From Oopsacas minuta (taxonomy: Eukaryota > Animalia > Porifera), in the NCBI GenBank assembly GCA_024704765.1, contig JAKMXF010000155.1, positions 124,001 through 188,000 of the forward strand: a stretch of 64,000 nucleotides of DNA, read 5' to 3'. Positions 12,668 through 26,067 of this stretch are shown here, piece by piece. The notes under the pieces were generated by a model. That model was given only the letters and a program-made list of their open reading frames with translations. It was not told the DNA's origin and made no database searches. The stretch's first letter is position 1. Every line of letters begins with the position of its first letter. The position numbers were made by a program, and so were the translations under genes.

Positions 12668-14290
12668 TTGCAAGACCTGATAATACCGCTGTGCCCAAAA
12701 CCGCCTAATGCAAAGAATCGCAAACACCTAAAGGTACTCACACGCAAAGGCTACATTGCTAAATTTCCCCTTCCACCACGACGCGTTCCAAATCCTTGTT
12801 GCTACTTTGAGTCTCATGAGAAAAGAGAAATATACAGACCAACTGGCATGAGAATTCTTGATGTTGGCATCCTAGCAGAAGTATTCTCCGCCTTTCATCG
12901 CAGCGAATGTGCTGGGAGTCTTTCCCTTTACGAAGAAAACTGAAGTAATACATACCAGTAGGGCGTTACTGCTGTGCACTCTACTGGTATTTCGTGATGC
13001 AATTTTCACAAACTATCTATAATATTTGATATGCTCCCACCAGTTCAGATCATGCCATCTCCATATCTGAACTGTCTTGAAGCTGTTACAAAAGTTCAGT
13101 AGGGACTGCCATGTCTGTTGTCGTTAAACAGCTACGCCAAAAATCAGACTGTGAAGTATCACCTCATCCTAACGCTACCAACGTAACTCTCAGCTTCGTT
13201 AGCTCCTGGAAGACCAGAGGATTCTATTCCAACATAGTTTTCAGTGCTGTTATCTATAACGACACCAGGAAGGTACTGGACTACGAAATCACGAGCGTCT
13301 CTTAAGAAGTGCTCTATCTGGGCAGAGGAGAAACGGAAAGATCGATGAACTGAGCACGAGAAGTGGTTAGAACGTCATGATCAAACCTGCAATCGAAAGT
13401 ACACTAGATCTTCTCAAGGTATGAAGCCAGAAATAGCCAACAGGATTTGGGGACACTCCTCAGAGAAGAATCACTTGACAAACTCTGTTTTTGACAGATT
13501 TGGACATTCACTAAGTATTCAGCAGATGGAAGTAAATCCATACAATCTTTTGAAGATTCGAAAAGAGAAATACAAAACGCATGTAGTCAAGCATCCGAAG
13601 AAGAAGAAGAGAAGTATGAAAAATAATATTTTTGTACAACACGCACTATATGAATGGAAGGTTGTTTATATCACCGCAAATTACTCTACTGTCATCTATC
13701 AACACCGTGGTTTAGCATCAATCAAGCTGTGTTCTGCTCTACATATACTAGTTGATAATGCGGCAGGAGATCATTCTGGCTGTCTGACTGGAGAGAAATG
13801 ATGGTGTCGGTGGAGAAACCCATCAGGTACTTCAGCACCTACTGCTTTGACAATCTTCAAACCAATTGACATAGATAAGGTGAAAGAAGTATTCAATACT
13901 TATGCGACAGAAGAATTCTGTAGCCATCTGACATTAGGACTGACTCAAAATGCTAATGAATCCTTACATAACACTATATGGAGTCTCTATCTCAAAAGCA
14001 AGCACTTATCACCTCATCTATTTAGGATTAGCACTGCTATTGCTGTCATTACCTTTGACGAAGTGGAACTCTCACAATTCGGAATCCTGACTGACCTTGG
14101 CCTGTCTCCCTCTTTGCGGACTTATAGTACAATCCTTAAACGAGAATGCTGGTCAGATTATTTTCGATGAGTTCAGAAGAAGTCGAATTATCAAAGACGA
14201 GGAAAAAGAGGGAGACTATTCAAGCAACAAAGAGAGAATGCCCTGTTGAAAGCAGAAGGCGGAAGATGCTCTAAATGGAGGCAGTTGGAG
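12668..14290 (+). mobile_element. Kolobok-type ('Mutator-like' domain) transposase remnant
   Basis: Fragments GMRILDV...CAGSLSLYEE, SSWKTRGFYSN...TRKVLDYE, SSQGMKPE..NRIWGHS, DHSGCLTGEK.WCRW, LTQNANESLHNTIWS occur in the family's order. Multiple stops; TTAA-bounded ends not identified. Confidence 0.7.
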
Positions 14291-14997
14291 CTGAGAATTC
14301 CACAAAGTAGAATTGTGTCAGGGCTCGAGAAGGGATAGGTATAACAGGTAGAGGAGGTACTAGAGAGAAGAGAAGTGAGAGGGAGCGTGGCGTTTCTCCT
14401 GTTCCCACACGGTCTTCTAGCTCAACCAGCAGCTCGGACGAGTCGGATACCCTATACAGTATATGCCACAAGAAGAACTAGAACCTGCGACAAAGAGGAA
14501 ACTTGGAAAGAATCAATCCGATTGGGTATAATGCGATAACTGCACTGACGTTGTTTGAAGCCAAATTATTTCCTAAATATTAGCGGTTTAGTTGTATCGA
14601 ATCTTTGTTTAATTATTCGGTTGGCATTATATCCGGCCATAATATTCAGCAGAAAACTATTTCGATCACTACTACTGCTACCCACGCTTAACGTTATTCC
14701 TTGCATAATTTTGTGATTACCAGATGATAACTAGATCTGACTACGAGTATACATGCTAAATATGGTGTCTTAATCCTAAAGGTGTGAACAGAAGATGAAT
14801 AAGTTTACAAGTAATACTAGAAGATCAACTGACACGAAATGTTCGCAGGCCACATAGAGCAAGCGCCCGCAGCTTACTTCTACCATTCAATGATACATTT
14901 GTGAAGGAGCAGAAGACACCTAAAATCCTTCCGCAGGAGCTAGTAGAAGTGGCGCATGAAGGGCGATTTTCGGCTAGTAATGGTTAAAATACATCTT

Positions 14998-15227
14998 GAA
15001 TTATTCATTCTCTATCAGTTCGAGTCAAGAGACCGTCTAAACTGTAATTACTTTAAAGAAGATGTTTGGAGAATGATAGAGACCGACAGCTTCGAGTAGA
15101 TTAATCGTTTCGTATGTAATTACACACGCTTTATAACATATAGTTATATAAGTCTCGAATTATTCATTAATTATCAGTTCGAGTCAAGAGACCATCCAAA
15201 CTGTAATTACTCCAAATATGTTTGGAG
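14998..15227 (+). repeat. Local direct repeat, ~70-bp unit at 159-bp spacing
   Basis: GAATTATTCATT..TATCAGTTCGAGTCAAGAGACC.TC.AAACTGTAATTACT..ATGTTTGGAG at 14998 and 15157. Confidence 0.8.
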
Positions 15228-16504
15228 GTGGTAAAGATCAACGACTGTAATGCGAGGAGATCAATCTCGGCTATGGTTGGCCCAGCCTTGTTAAAACCTG
15301 GTTAGACTAAGGTAGCAAGTAATTTTGCACTAACCATATCTTGGTTAGTGTAAATGTAAAATGGTCGATGAAGGAGAATTAAAATCTAATCCTCTGGAGG
15401 CCATATTAGAGTAACTCTAACATAGCTTGTCGGGTAGACGTACTCTCACCTCTTCGTGGTTACCTGGATTAACTAGATAATGTTATTAAGCGGAGTTGAC
15501 TGTATATAATTTTGAATCCCTAAGTTTGTCAAAAATGTTTTAGAAGTTGTAAGGAATATATGATAAAATATATAGTAAAACCATGCTCAATAACCCTTCT
15601 AAGTCACTGATTTCAAAAAAGAAGGAACAGGATTAAGTTTCAGCATCTAATAGAGTTTGTGAACGAATAACAAACCATGCTGCAAAAATTGACCAAATAT
15701 GTACTGTGAAAATTGATGTGAGAGTTGTATTATGGAACATATGTACATTTAGCTTGCAGCATCATTAATAATAAAATACAGTCATATTTAGTGAATATGA
15801 ATTTTGTCTGACCAAAATTTGGGAACAAAATCCGATACATGTGGTTAATTAATAAGTTGATTTGGCATTTTGGACCATTGATTATATCCATAACATATAT
15901 TTTGTTGTTGCTGAATAGAAAATGTCCAATAAATTATCAGTAAAATTGCCTCTGTTATGAATATTCATTAAATTGGAAGACAACACCTAGAGTCAAACAA
16001 AAATTACTCAGTACCAAAAGTATGATTCTGAAAGAATTTTTACATGCTACATTGCCAGTCCTTAAAAGAATGTAATTGAAGCGTATCTAATGCCCGACCT
16101 GGTTGGCTTTAAACTATATATTATTTGCCAAATTCAGGTGCATAAATAATGTATTTTATGACATGAAATTTATAATGTTAGTTAGTTATCTGAGTCATAT
16201 CTTATAACTTATGATACAATGACGACGGTATAAGTTACACGAGTGTTAAGTCAGCAGCAAATTGTGCAGTGAAATTTGTCCACAACTTAACATTTAATAA
16301 TTCTGTCAATTCTCAATCAATTCGCCAGAAATTTGGACAATAGCTTTGTCTTGAGTCCAATATTCAATAATCAATTTCTATCACAAATACTCTTCCCTAT
16401 GACTTTACAAATATATAATACAAAATCCCCATAGGGAATTTAAACAGGAAATATTGATTTATCACATATCTCCAGAAACATGTATTTTAGCCCTTAGATA
16501 TGTA

Positions 16505-16641
16505 CAGATGCGTAGCCAGGGTACGGCAGATCCCGCACCTAATTCGTGGCTGCCCACCAAAGGTTCACCTAGAAATCTACTATATGTGCGCAATGCCGCA
16601 CCTATGCAGCACCCTTTGAGCTGACCTAGCTACGCCTCTTG
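16505..16641. mobile_element. Small hAT-like MITE
   Basis: CAGATGCGTAGCCAGG is inverted relative to CCTAGCTACGCCTCT; TSD not convincing. Confidence 0.45.
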
Positions 16642-18469
16642 GTTGTATTAGTGCATATTGGTGTCTCCTAACGTCAATTATCTTTGCAAAAATATGTGAA
16701 TCAGGTACCAAACTATGTACTTTTACAATAGAATTCAGTGGGAATAGACTATCGTAGAATGTATCTAATCTCTGGCAGGGTGGATTCGGTTAGCTGGTTA
16801 ACCGATTAAGGTCCCGAAGTCAAAACTACATAGTGCGATTGGTCTACCATTGTATCATGCACTTCATAAGTGTTCATTGCCAGATTTATGTTGATTTGAG
16901 GTCATCACAGGGTGTGGCTGTTGTTCAGATCAGGTCTCATAACACCGTTAGTTTGGATAATTTGTATAACTGAGACAAAACAAGTCATCTTTATATATAT
17001 AGCCCTCTCTCGCTGCTCCTGCATATATGCAATATTTATTATAGATTTTCCGACTACAATCACAATTTTTGCTTGACTAGTTTGCTTATGAGCGTAATTG
17101 GTGGGTAACTTTGTCAATTTTTCAATTCAAGTTTTTTGGCTTATTATCATCATTTTGCGAGTATATTTCAGCTAGAAACACAGTTTAGAAGGATTCGAAT
17201 AACATGGGGGTGTCTGATTCTATAGTTGTACCCGAGGAGGCTATGGTCATCAGTGGATTGTCCTGCCGTATACTGCTCGCCTACAGCACACGAAATTCTA
17301 CAAATATATCTCTAGGCGTGCAGAAATTTGGTCAAACTTCCTCTGCCAAATTCGAAATGTATTGTTTTGGCATATAAAAATAATGAATGTTCAGTTTTAG
17401 GCGTATATCCCTGAAACCTGAGTGGAACCCTAGGTCATTTGGGTATACATATATTAAGAATTAAACATTAATAGCAAAATTATGTTTTAATGCGTTATAA
17501 TTGGAAGTTATATTTGAACCGTTAAAATTTCTACGCATGTAATCTTGACCCATTATATAGATCAACAATCAGTAAAATTTTCAACCTGATCAGTTGACTT
17601 ATTTATTACTTACACCCTCGGGATTTTTCACTTTCCCAATATTGGACACCATTTCCACCTAATATTGTATTCATGCCGAGGGTTTTCCTGATTTCAATCA
17701 TGAAGCAATTCACTTAAAATTTACATAGCCTTGAGTCAACTGTGTGACAAATTTTTCAAAGAAAAAAGGATTTTGATTGTGGTCTTATATTTCCTTAAGG
17801 CTACTTCCGCAGCGAATAGTGACATTTCTGGTGAACTCTATCAATGTTGGCAAAATATCGCCATATAAACGCAAGCCACTGGTGATATTTTGCTGTTGCC
17901 ATCAGAAATAGCTACCATTTGTTATTAATTCTCTCTATTTCTTATCGTTTTTTAACAAAACTCAGTTGATGAAGGCCATTTTGCCATTTTGCCATTTTAT
18001 TATGGCACGAAGACACAATGTGTAGATAAAAAGATGCTAGCCCATGTATCAGAATTTGTGTGTATTTTTAGCTAAATTTGGGAATCATTGACACCTAGAA
18101 GGTTAAATTTTGGAATTTTGAGTTTGAAATGTACTGAGTCATCATGGAACGTTGCCACATTCCGCCATTGTCAAGAAAGGGTATCCAAGATATGAAAATT
18201 CACATATCAAAGCAACAGTAAGCCCACTTGAATAAGTTATTAGTTACATATAGATACAAAAATTGGGGCCAAACCGGCGATTAAAATAATTCACATTTAC
18301 ATTTCCTCATAAACCGCTCTATATGCTTTTCCTAGCACCAAAAATGTTTCAAAGGACTCAAATTACCCTCAAAAGTGTCCGATTCGGTCTGTTATTAATA
18401 TCCTGAACATTATTTCCCCACTTTTAAATTCGTTCCTCTACTCTGATTTATTAGCCTTTCTATTTCCGA

Positions 18470-19714
18470 ATGCAGCATCCTTCTCCTGTACCTCCGATAA
18501 ATTCATCAAATATTTCATGTTCTGATACAATGAGGGCATATCACTCTACTACTTATTCTCAACCTTCATTTAACATGGGCGCTGGGCCTTTAACTAGTTC
18601 CATCACTCATTTTACTAATCCAAGTTTAATTCCTTTAGGACTACCCTCCTTCTCTTCTACCCAAATTTCTCCTATATCTTCTCATGATATATCTACCTCA
18701 GTTTTGAACGGTAATAATATATCTAGTCTAAATTCACCTCTTCCAGCACTTGGCACTCAATCTCAAGTTAACTCTTTAAATCACCCAATGCAACAGACTA
18801 CAATTGCCCCTATTTCTGGCAGTCGTAACATTTTAACAGGATGCTATGACAAAGAAAATGTATATCAATTGATTTTAGAACTTACTCATCCTGACACGCG
18901 CGAACGCGCTCTATATGAGTTATGTAAAAAGCGTGAAGATGTTCCTGATCTAGCGCCTATGTTATGGCATTCTTTTGGAACCATTGCAGCACTTCTACAA
19001 GAAATTATTATGATCTATCCACTGATCAATCCTCCTACTCTTACCAACCAGCAATCTAATCGTGTTTGTAACGCATTAGCATTACTGCAATGTGTTGCTT
19101 CACATGCAGAGACCCGTACTCCATTCCTAGATGCACAGATTCCTATGTTTTTATACCCTTTTTTGAATACTAGTAGCCGAACCCGGCCTTATGAATATTT
19201 GCGACTTACCAGTTTAGGAGTTGTTGGAGCACTCGTGAAAATCGACGAGCAGGAAGTGATTCAGTTTTTACTTTCTACTGAGATAATTCCTTTGTGTCTA
19301 AGGATTATGGAAAATGGAAGTGATCTTTCCAAAACAGTAGCGACATTTATTCTTCAAAAAATCCTTCAAGATGCCACAGGACTCACATATATTTGTCATA
19401 CATGTGAACGGTTTCTACACGTATCTCATACTCTTAATCAAATGATACAATCAATGGCAAAAGAAGTCAATTCTACTAATTCTCGATTGCTAAAACATGT
19501 GATTCGGTGCTATCTACGCTTAGCGGATGATCCACGTGCACGTGAGGCACTGAAACAACATCTACCTGATAATTTAAAGGATAATACGTTTGCTCTTGTA
19601 CTAAGAGACGATCAATCCACTCATAGCTGCCTTGGGCAGCTCTTGCAAACTGTACAACAAAATAATTTGACGAGTTTGGATGGAGGTATACCTCCATTAC
19701 TTATGCCTACATAA
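18470..19714 (+). CDS. CNOT9: CCR4-NOT transcription complex subunit 9 (RCD1/Caf40), single ORF with ~125-aa low-complexity N-terminal extension
   Basis: Hallmark sequences [94 protein letters not shown] and [20 protein letters not shown]. Confidence 0.97.
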   Translation: MQHPSPVPPINSSNISCSDTMRAYHSTTYSQPSFNMGAGPLTSSITHFTNPSLIPLGLPSFSSTQISPISSHDISTSVLNGNNISSLNSPLPALGTQSQVNSLNHPMQQTTIAPISGSRNILTGCYDKENVYQLILELTHPDTRERALYELCKKREDVPDLAPMLWHSFGTIAALLQEIIMIYPLINPPTLTNQQSNRVCNALALLQCVASHAETRTPFLDAQIPMFLYPFLNTSSRTRPYEYLRLTSLGVVGALVKIDEQEVIQFLLSTEIIPLCLRIMENGSDLSKTVATFILQKILQDATGLTYICHTCERFLHVSHTLNQMIQSMAKEVNSTNSRLLKHVIRCYLRLADDPRAREALKQHLPDNLKDNTFALVLRDDQSTHSCLGQLLQTVQQNNLTSLDGGIPPLLMPT

Positions 19715-19865
19715 TATGAGATATTTATCATAAAATTCGTTTGTTATATAATAATTTTTATAATTGCAAACGTATAATATCTTCAATTATTAGGAATGTC
19801 TTTGTTGGATTCCTTGCTTGTCGAGAATTTACAACGGGTAGGCTTGTTAAAAGTTCCTACCTAGC

Positions 19866-19961
19866 CAGGTCAGGTAATTTATATCAATGTTCCATTTAAT
19901 GTCTGGTCAGGTCAGGTCATCGCGAAAGTTATTGCATACATGTTAGTTCAGGTCAGGTCAG
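19866..19961 (+). repeat. Clustered CAGGT/AGGTCA short tandem motifs
   Basis: CAGGTCAGGT, GGTCAGGTCAGGTCA and CAGGTCAGGTCAG in three clusters. Confidence 0.6.
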
Positions 19962-20108
19962 ACCATTTCTCAAGTTTAATCATATCATTTTCAGGAGTTA
20001 CCCGAATATGATCTATACTACTTTATAAAACGCAATTCATTTGTATGTATGTAAGTATATATATGTTTGTATGTCCAGAATTGATTGAAGAAACTGGAAG
20101 GCCCCCAG

Positions 20109-20420
20109 GGCGGATATTTGGCATTCAGGAGTATTTTGAACCTGGCTCGGACATGTTCGAGTCTTGGACGAATATTCACACCAATGACGAAAATTATGAC
20201 GTCATTGTCACCTTTGTGGATTTTCGAAAAATCACATTATTTATTTACCACTGCTCAGCAATTATGCATGATAAAAGTTTGAAATTTTAATTACAGATCC
20301 CCAGACGTGACAAATGTCCTGATGTCATGATTCTGGTCAAATGCAAACTAATCATGAGATTATTACGTCATCATGACTGTACAAAATATCCAAATTTCCA
20401 ACTTTCGAAAAATTTCCGGA
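20109..20420. repeat. Dispersed non-autonomous repeat; inverted copy at ~41010-41283
   Basis: CCTGGCTCGGA..TTCGAGTC..GACGAA, ATGACG..AATTATGACGTCATTGTCACCTT..TGGATTTTC.AAAAATCAC and GTGACAAATGTC match the reverse complement at 41.0-41.3 kb. Confidence 0.75.
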
Positions 20421-21291
20421 TTATTTGTGAACACATCATGAAAAGTGTAGTGCTCGTCTATTGTCGCCATTGTAGTGAAATGTTGGTTGCTTAGCAGCGG
20501 GAAACAGCCCTATCTCCTTAACCTAACTTTGTATACTGAATAAGTGTTGTTACTCGCCCCAGTCGCGCCGCTTTGAGCTCACATTGATGTGACAATTTAC
20601 GATAATCATACTCACCAACTGAGGGAGAGACTGAATGGCCAAAATATAGTAAATGAAATTATGTGGGTTAACCTGGATAATATTCATTGACGTACCTATC
20701 TATTAGCCTGTATGGATATATATCCTATATCTCCCAAGAATCCATGCCTGACATTAACTCAATGGATCGCAACTACGCAACCATGTGATATCCAACATGA
20801 GTATGGCTCCTCAAATTTATGATTCGTTATCATTTGATTGCGTAATAGCCTTTTTGGAAGTTATTGGATAATATTTTGAGCCCCTTTTTGACCATCTTAT
20901 ATCAATGATGGATCTTCCATCCTTGCATTGAATTATAGTGACGTGTAAGTGTTTCCTCCATTGCTATGCAAATGTATTTAAACAAATTCTAACCATAACT
21001 GAAAAATATTGATGAAGAGCTCTACATTTGTTACTAATGTATGTGCAATTGGCAACTTTTATTCATGATAATACAGTTTTGATACCTAACTCAAAACGGC
21101 TAATATGTTACTACGTCACCTATCGGGATTGACAATGTATGATAGTTATCTTCATAACTTATTAACTGTTAGAGTTAGGTATATATTATGATGAGTAGGA
21201 AGTCGCCTCTTTAGTACCAAATCTAGAGCTCTATCATAAATATCTTTCAGTTATGTCTAGAATCTGTTAAAATACTTTGATAGCAACGGAG

Positions 21292-21536
21292 CATAGGCGT
21301 AGAACTTTCGAATTTTTAAGAAAATCTGGTAGGGGCGGAGCAGAGACCAAGCACATGGTAGCGCAAGTAACAAGCGAGAATACCTTTATATATACTATTA
21401 TTTTATATCTATCAACTCATTTTAAAGAAAAAACCCTAATTCAGGTAATAAATCCTGGGGCGTGATAGGCCCAGCCTCCCTCAACTTTTTTCTGGGAGTG
21501 CAGGTTCCTCCCACCCCCCCTGTAATGACGCCTATG
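21292..21536. mobile_element. hAT MITE (245 bp)
   Basis: TIRs CATAGGCGT / ACGCCTATG; perfect 8-bp TSD CAACGGAG (21284-21291, 21537-21544). Confidence 0.88.
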
Positions 21537-23999
21537 CAACGGAGGAATGTTTCAAAATTTCATCAATGCAACACCTTTTTTTGGATCTATACGAAATCCA
21601 TAAACAGGAACTTTTGTGATCAGAATTTTGGGAGTCACGACTCCATTGGATTTACCCACCTAAAAGTCAGAATTCGATTCTGAAATTCTCTATGCATACT
21701 TTGCTGATATGGAAGTTTCCGAAAGTTAATGTAATTATAAACTATAAACAACTCCCGGAGTTAGTGGAATTCAATTTTACGTCGGGAGTGAGAGTGGTAG
21801 GGGATGAATCATATTCTACATAAAGTTGGATCAGTTCAAACTCATATTTCTTCCCCTAAATCCAACTGAATTTCAATTATTATTATTATGCTAATCAATA
21901 GTTGAGACGTTTATGACAATATTGATATTTTCGTGAAACAATAATAATTATCACCAGCAACTGCCTGAAAAAATCGATAAATTCTCTTGTTTGTTGTTTT
22001 TAGTAATTCTAACTTTGAGATCAATTCTTGAAGTTAGATACCCCTCGCTTTTACTGCTTTAATTGCTATTTCATATTCTTCCCTTCAATTTTAATTGTTC
22101 GATCTTTCCTGATATCATTGATATTTCTGATTTTATTTCATATTTGATATTATTGTGACATCAATTCTCTCGAATTGTGGAGTGCTTGTTTTGGCTTGCA
22201 CTCTCTAAGGGCATGCTCAAACTTCGCCAGAATATCTTTTGATTCTCTGGCTCAGTTTAATGCGACTTCATCTGTCCGACTGTCTGCTCTTTGTGCCTAC
22301 GTCATATCTGTTCTTCTTATCCATGGCGACATTGAGATCAATCCATAACTCATCACACTAAATCAAGATACCCATAACGAACAGGGCAATTGATTAATTT
22401 TATTACCTAAAGTTATTAATTCCGTAATTTTGTAAATTACTTACATATTTTTAGAATTTCCAAGGGATTTGGTGTTAATGGTTGGCTTCATGGTCTCAAC
22501 GTTTCGTTCCTTCTAGATTTGATTTACAAGACGCTTGTTAGTGCTAATATTTCTAATTCTATTTTGGGATCCATTTGCAAGAAGGTCTGTTCTTGCAATA
22601 AACCCAACAAGAGGCACAGACTGTATTTAATGTGGATCAACAACTCCAGTAACATATTGTCAATTGTTAGAGGTGCTTTCGCTAGAAATTCCTTGTTGTA
22701 ATGTACAGCAAGTCCCCCTTGATTTAGAGGAACGGTTATAAGTGAGATTTAGCCTTACTATGCTTTCTTTATATAGGAGAGCATCGCTAAAGTAACTTCT
22801 AGTACTGTTAAAGATGTAAGTAAGAGTGTAGCTGGGCGTCCAATGTCAGTTCATCATTTGGTAATCTAGATATCTTTACACTTGAATTCGAGTTACGAGA
22901 ATATATGTTTCTTATTGTGTGGGATCATTTGCCTCTGATTTATCCGTGTATAACAATTTGAAGGACAATTTCAGTAATTTATTGATAAAGAAAATTCTGA
23001 AGAAAATAACATTAATTTCTTCAATACATCTGAAGATCACTTATGGGTAAATGGCGCAAATTATATGGGTTATCTAATGCTAGGAATATGTCTGGAGTTT
23101 TGCAATTCACTCATGCATGTTTTATTGATGAGTATTTTCATTTCATTAATGTCTTCACATGTGCTTATGTAATAGCTTTGTTCAGTGTAGTCTACAGTTA
23201 GTTTTGTGGTTAGTTGTAACAAAACCTGGTCATAGTTTAGTTTATCAAATGTTTGGTTAAAAATATACCTGTTTGAGTGGAGAGATGTTGGGCTTTTTCG
23301 TTAGTTGGGTATTGGAACAAAGAAAGAAATTCGATACTAATGATGTTGCCAGCTTACAAAGGTTTATTCTGATTACCTTGTTCGTGTTGAATGTTTAGTG
23401 AAGGAACCAATTCCCCTTCTCCAGGATCCTAAGCGTAATGTTGAAAGTGAACAAGTTGTGGATACATTGTTAGAGGTCAGCTCTAGAGTTGACTTTGAGA
23501 TTGAAAGTTGTAAATTTGGAGAATTTTATCTAAAATCACATAATGGGATAGTTTGTGCACATGCATTACTGATTCATACCCTAGAATGTCATTGGTCAGT
23601 AATTGGACGAATGTATTTCTTCTAAGTTTCATGATGCAAACAATATGTGTGGAATTACTTCAAATTATTGGAGGTTGTTTATAATAGGGAAAATTTAAAT
23701 ATTACAACTGTTTTACATCTATGTATAGCTCATGTAATTCATATCAGTTACAATATACACAAAAGTTTAAAATGGATAAAAAGTACAGGTGAATAGTTCT
23801 ACATGTTTTTTGGTCGGATCTTAAATTGTAAAAATTTGTATGAATTTTACCATCTTGTCGAATTATTATGTTGTATTTTATGTTTAAAAAACGATCCAAT
23901 GATTATGAAAACAAATTTGCCGAATTACAGATGTGTGTTAAGTGTGAGGCAAAAATTAGTAATGAAATACCTGAGGAAGTAGATGAAATAACTGTAAAA

Positions 24000-25146
24000 T
24001 TAAATGTTGTAACTTAGAGGCAAAAATTACCCTTTGGTAAGGATTCTGAAAATTTTATGGGAGTACTCAATCCAATATCAGGTTATTGAGAATAACCTTG
24101 ATATTGGAGTAGTACTTGTCAAGTAAAAGAAAATATTGTATGTTACTATCCCGGAATAATTCATTTTTTATTGACATATTATATGCCACTATTACCATTG
24201 TGGAGTGGAATAATTTTATGTACAATCGATACACCAGGTAATGTTTAACATCCAGCAACGCTAGTGCTGAAAACTGGCTTAGGAGGGTGAAGCACAGCAT
24301 TTATACTTACGAAACAATATTGAAAACACCTGATTTCAGTAGGCCAATTTATGTAAATAGTGAGGATAGGATTGCCGAATATAAATTGCCTTTTATGCAA
24401 CTTGCAAACAAAATATATAATAAGAAAAGAAAATGCACGTAGAAAATACAGAAAAATGTAAGGAGGAATGGTCTTAAAGGAAAGTAACAAAACTTAGCTA
24501 TATACCCTTCCGATTTAAATATTTCGAAGGAATTTGAAAGTATTATATTGAATAATGAACCATTAGGTAGTCTATAAATACCGTTAGTAAATACAGGAAT
24601 ACAAGTACCAGTTAAGTCTGTCTGTCAACATGTTAATTACCCAAGCAAGTTAAAAATGTTTTTACCTGGTAAGGAAGTAGAATACTTACCGATTTAGACC
24701 TTATAGAATTGGGGGAACTAGATCATATATTTCGGAGTTTCCAGCCATTACTTATAAGAAACGAGAGGTTAAACTAAAATTGTATAATTCACTAATTTCT
24801 TCCAGAAATGAAATACTACAAAATTCCAATATACCCATATTCCAAGAGATTGTAAAGTGTATTTTTTTCACTTGCATTTTGGATTGCAGGAAATATCGAT
24901 AATTTCCATCAAATTCTATCACTAATTACTGATAATATGGTTGGAGAGTTGAAAGAACCTTGTAATGAATTTATCGCAAATTCATTTCCACGATCAGCAA
25001 TTAATTCCAGAAATGGTAATGACCATATTATCATAACGAATACGCTTAAATACACAACTTGGGGAACTGTTGTGGAAATATTTGCTGTAGTTTCGTTATT
25101 GCAAACAGATGTTTGGGTAATTACTGTAATTATGCGAAACAAATGA
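24000..25146 (+). mobile_element. Highly decayed integrase-like remnant followed by an OTU-domain remnant (Ginger1-like)
   Basis: STCQVK...IILCTID trace at ~24.1-24.2 kb; FRPYRIGG at ~24693; ORF 24937-25146 with DHII..TTWGTVVEIFAVVSLLQTDVWV (OTU WG...EI.A motif). Confidence 0.45.
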
Positions 25147-26067
25147 ATGGTCTTTTCGGGTAAGGGAGCTAAGTGATTGATGTCCTAGAATTACCTCCAG
25201 TAAATCCTGAAGGCTCAATAATAGGGTTCATTATGAACCAATTTTAGAGGTAAATAAGGTTGTTTGGTCTAAGACTACGCCCCAGTGAGAAAATTGCTTA
25301 CTTCACTATGTATTCATATTCGGATCATGGATATTGTATGGCAGTGATGCCCAACTGGCGGACCGCGGTTCGGGTCCGGACCCAAACTTTGGATTGGATT
25401 CATCCAAACTCCTTTCAAATTCTGACTCTCTACCAAATATATTCTATGTATTTATTCTTTGAGATATTTTTTGCCGACCTTATTTTTTATACTATTTCAT
25501 TTAAATAGAGACTTAACTTACTCTGATTTTATTACATTAGTTATTATCCAAGTAAATAGTTTTTTACTTTTATGAACTTTTAGCATTTGACTCATAGTAG
25601 GAAATTTAGTGGTATATTGTAGTTCCATAGAAGTCACCGTTGTAAACTTCGCAAAAACACACAGGGTGCCACGACACTTTGTTCAGTCCCTAGTTATAAA
25701 TTTTCTGAATAAGTAATTCATTTTGTGAGATCATAATGCTGCATTGTTAGTTTGTAATATCTGATAATTTTGTTTCGTTCTAGTTCTGATTTAGTGATCA
25801 TTAGTTTCCATGATTTTGATGGTGCCCAAAACACTGTCACCAAAGAGGGTATGTCGGCAGTCTCTTTTGACATCCTTTATCAAGATGGGTGAAATTCATC
25901 CGATTGCGCACCCGCACTTCAGGTTCAAGTAGAACCTGAGTCTTTACAGCTGTTCAAATAACTGAACATCAATATCCGAACCCAACTGCTACAGACAGCT
26001 ATTCTGTGCAGCCTCTGGACAATCTTCGCTCCTTGTAATCAATACAAGCATTTCGGACAGTATCTCA

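Noticed and set aside
14880-14980. Gypsy integrase-like phrase (LPQELVEVAHEG)
   Set aside because: Too short, with no supporting flanking motifs
17824-17909. Imperfect hairpin upstream of CNOT9 as an ncRNA
   Set aside because: Short AT-rich stems with no tRNA, snRNA or miRNA features; likely a MITE relic or chance
22450-23640. Possible L1/Tx1 LINE relic (ITVPLNQGGLAV on the minus strand)
   Set aside because: Single weak motif and many stops; no RT core recognisable
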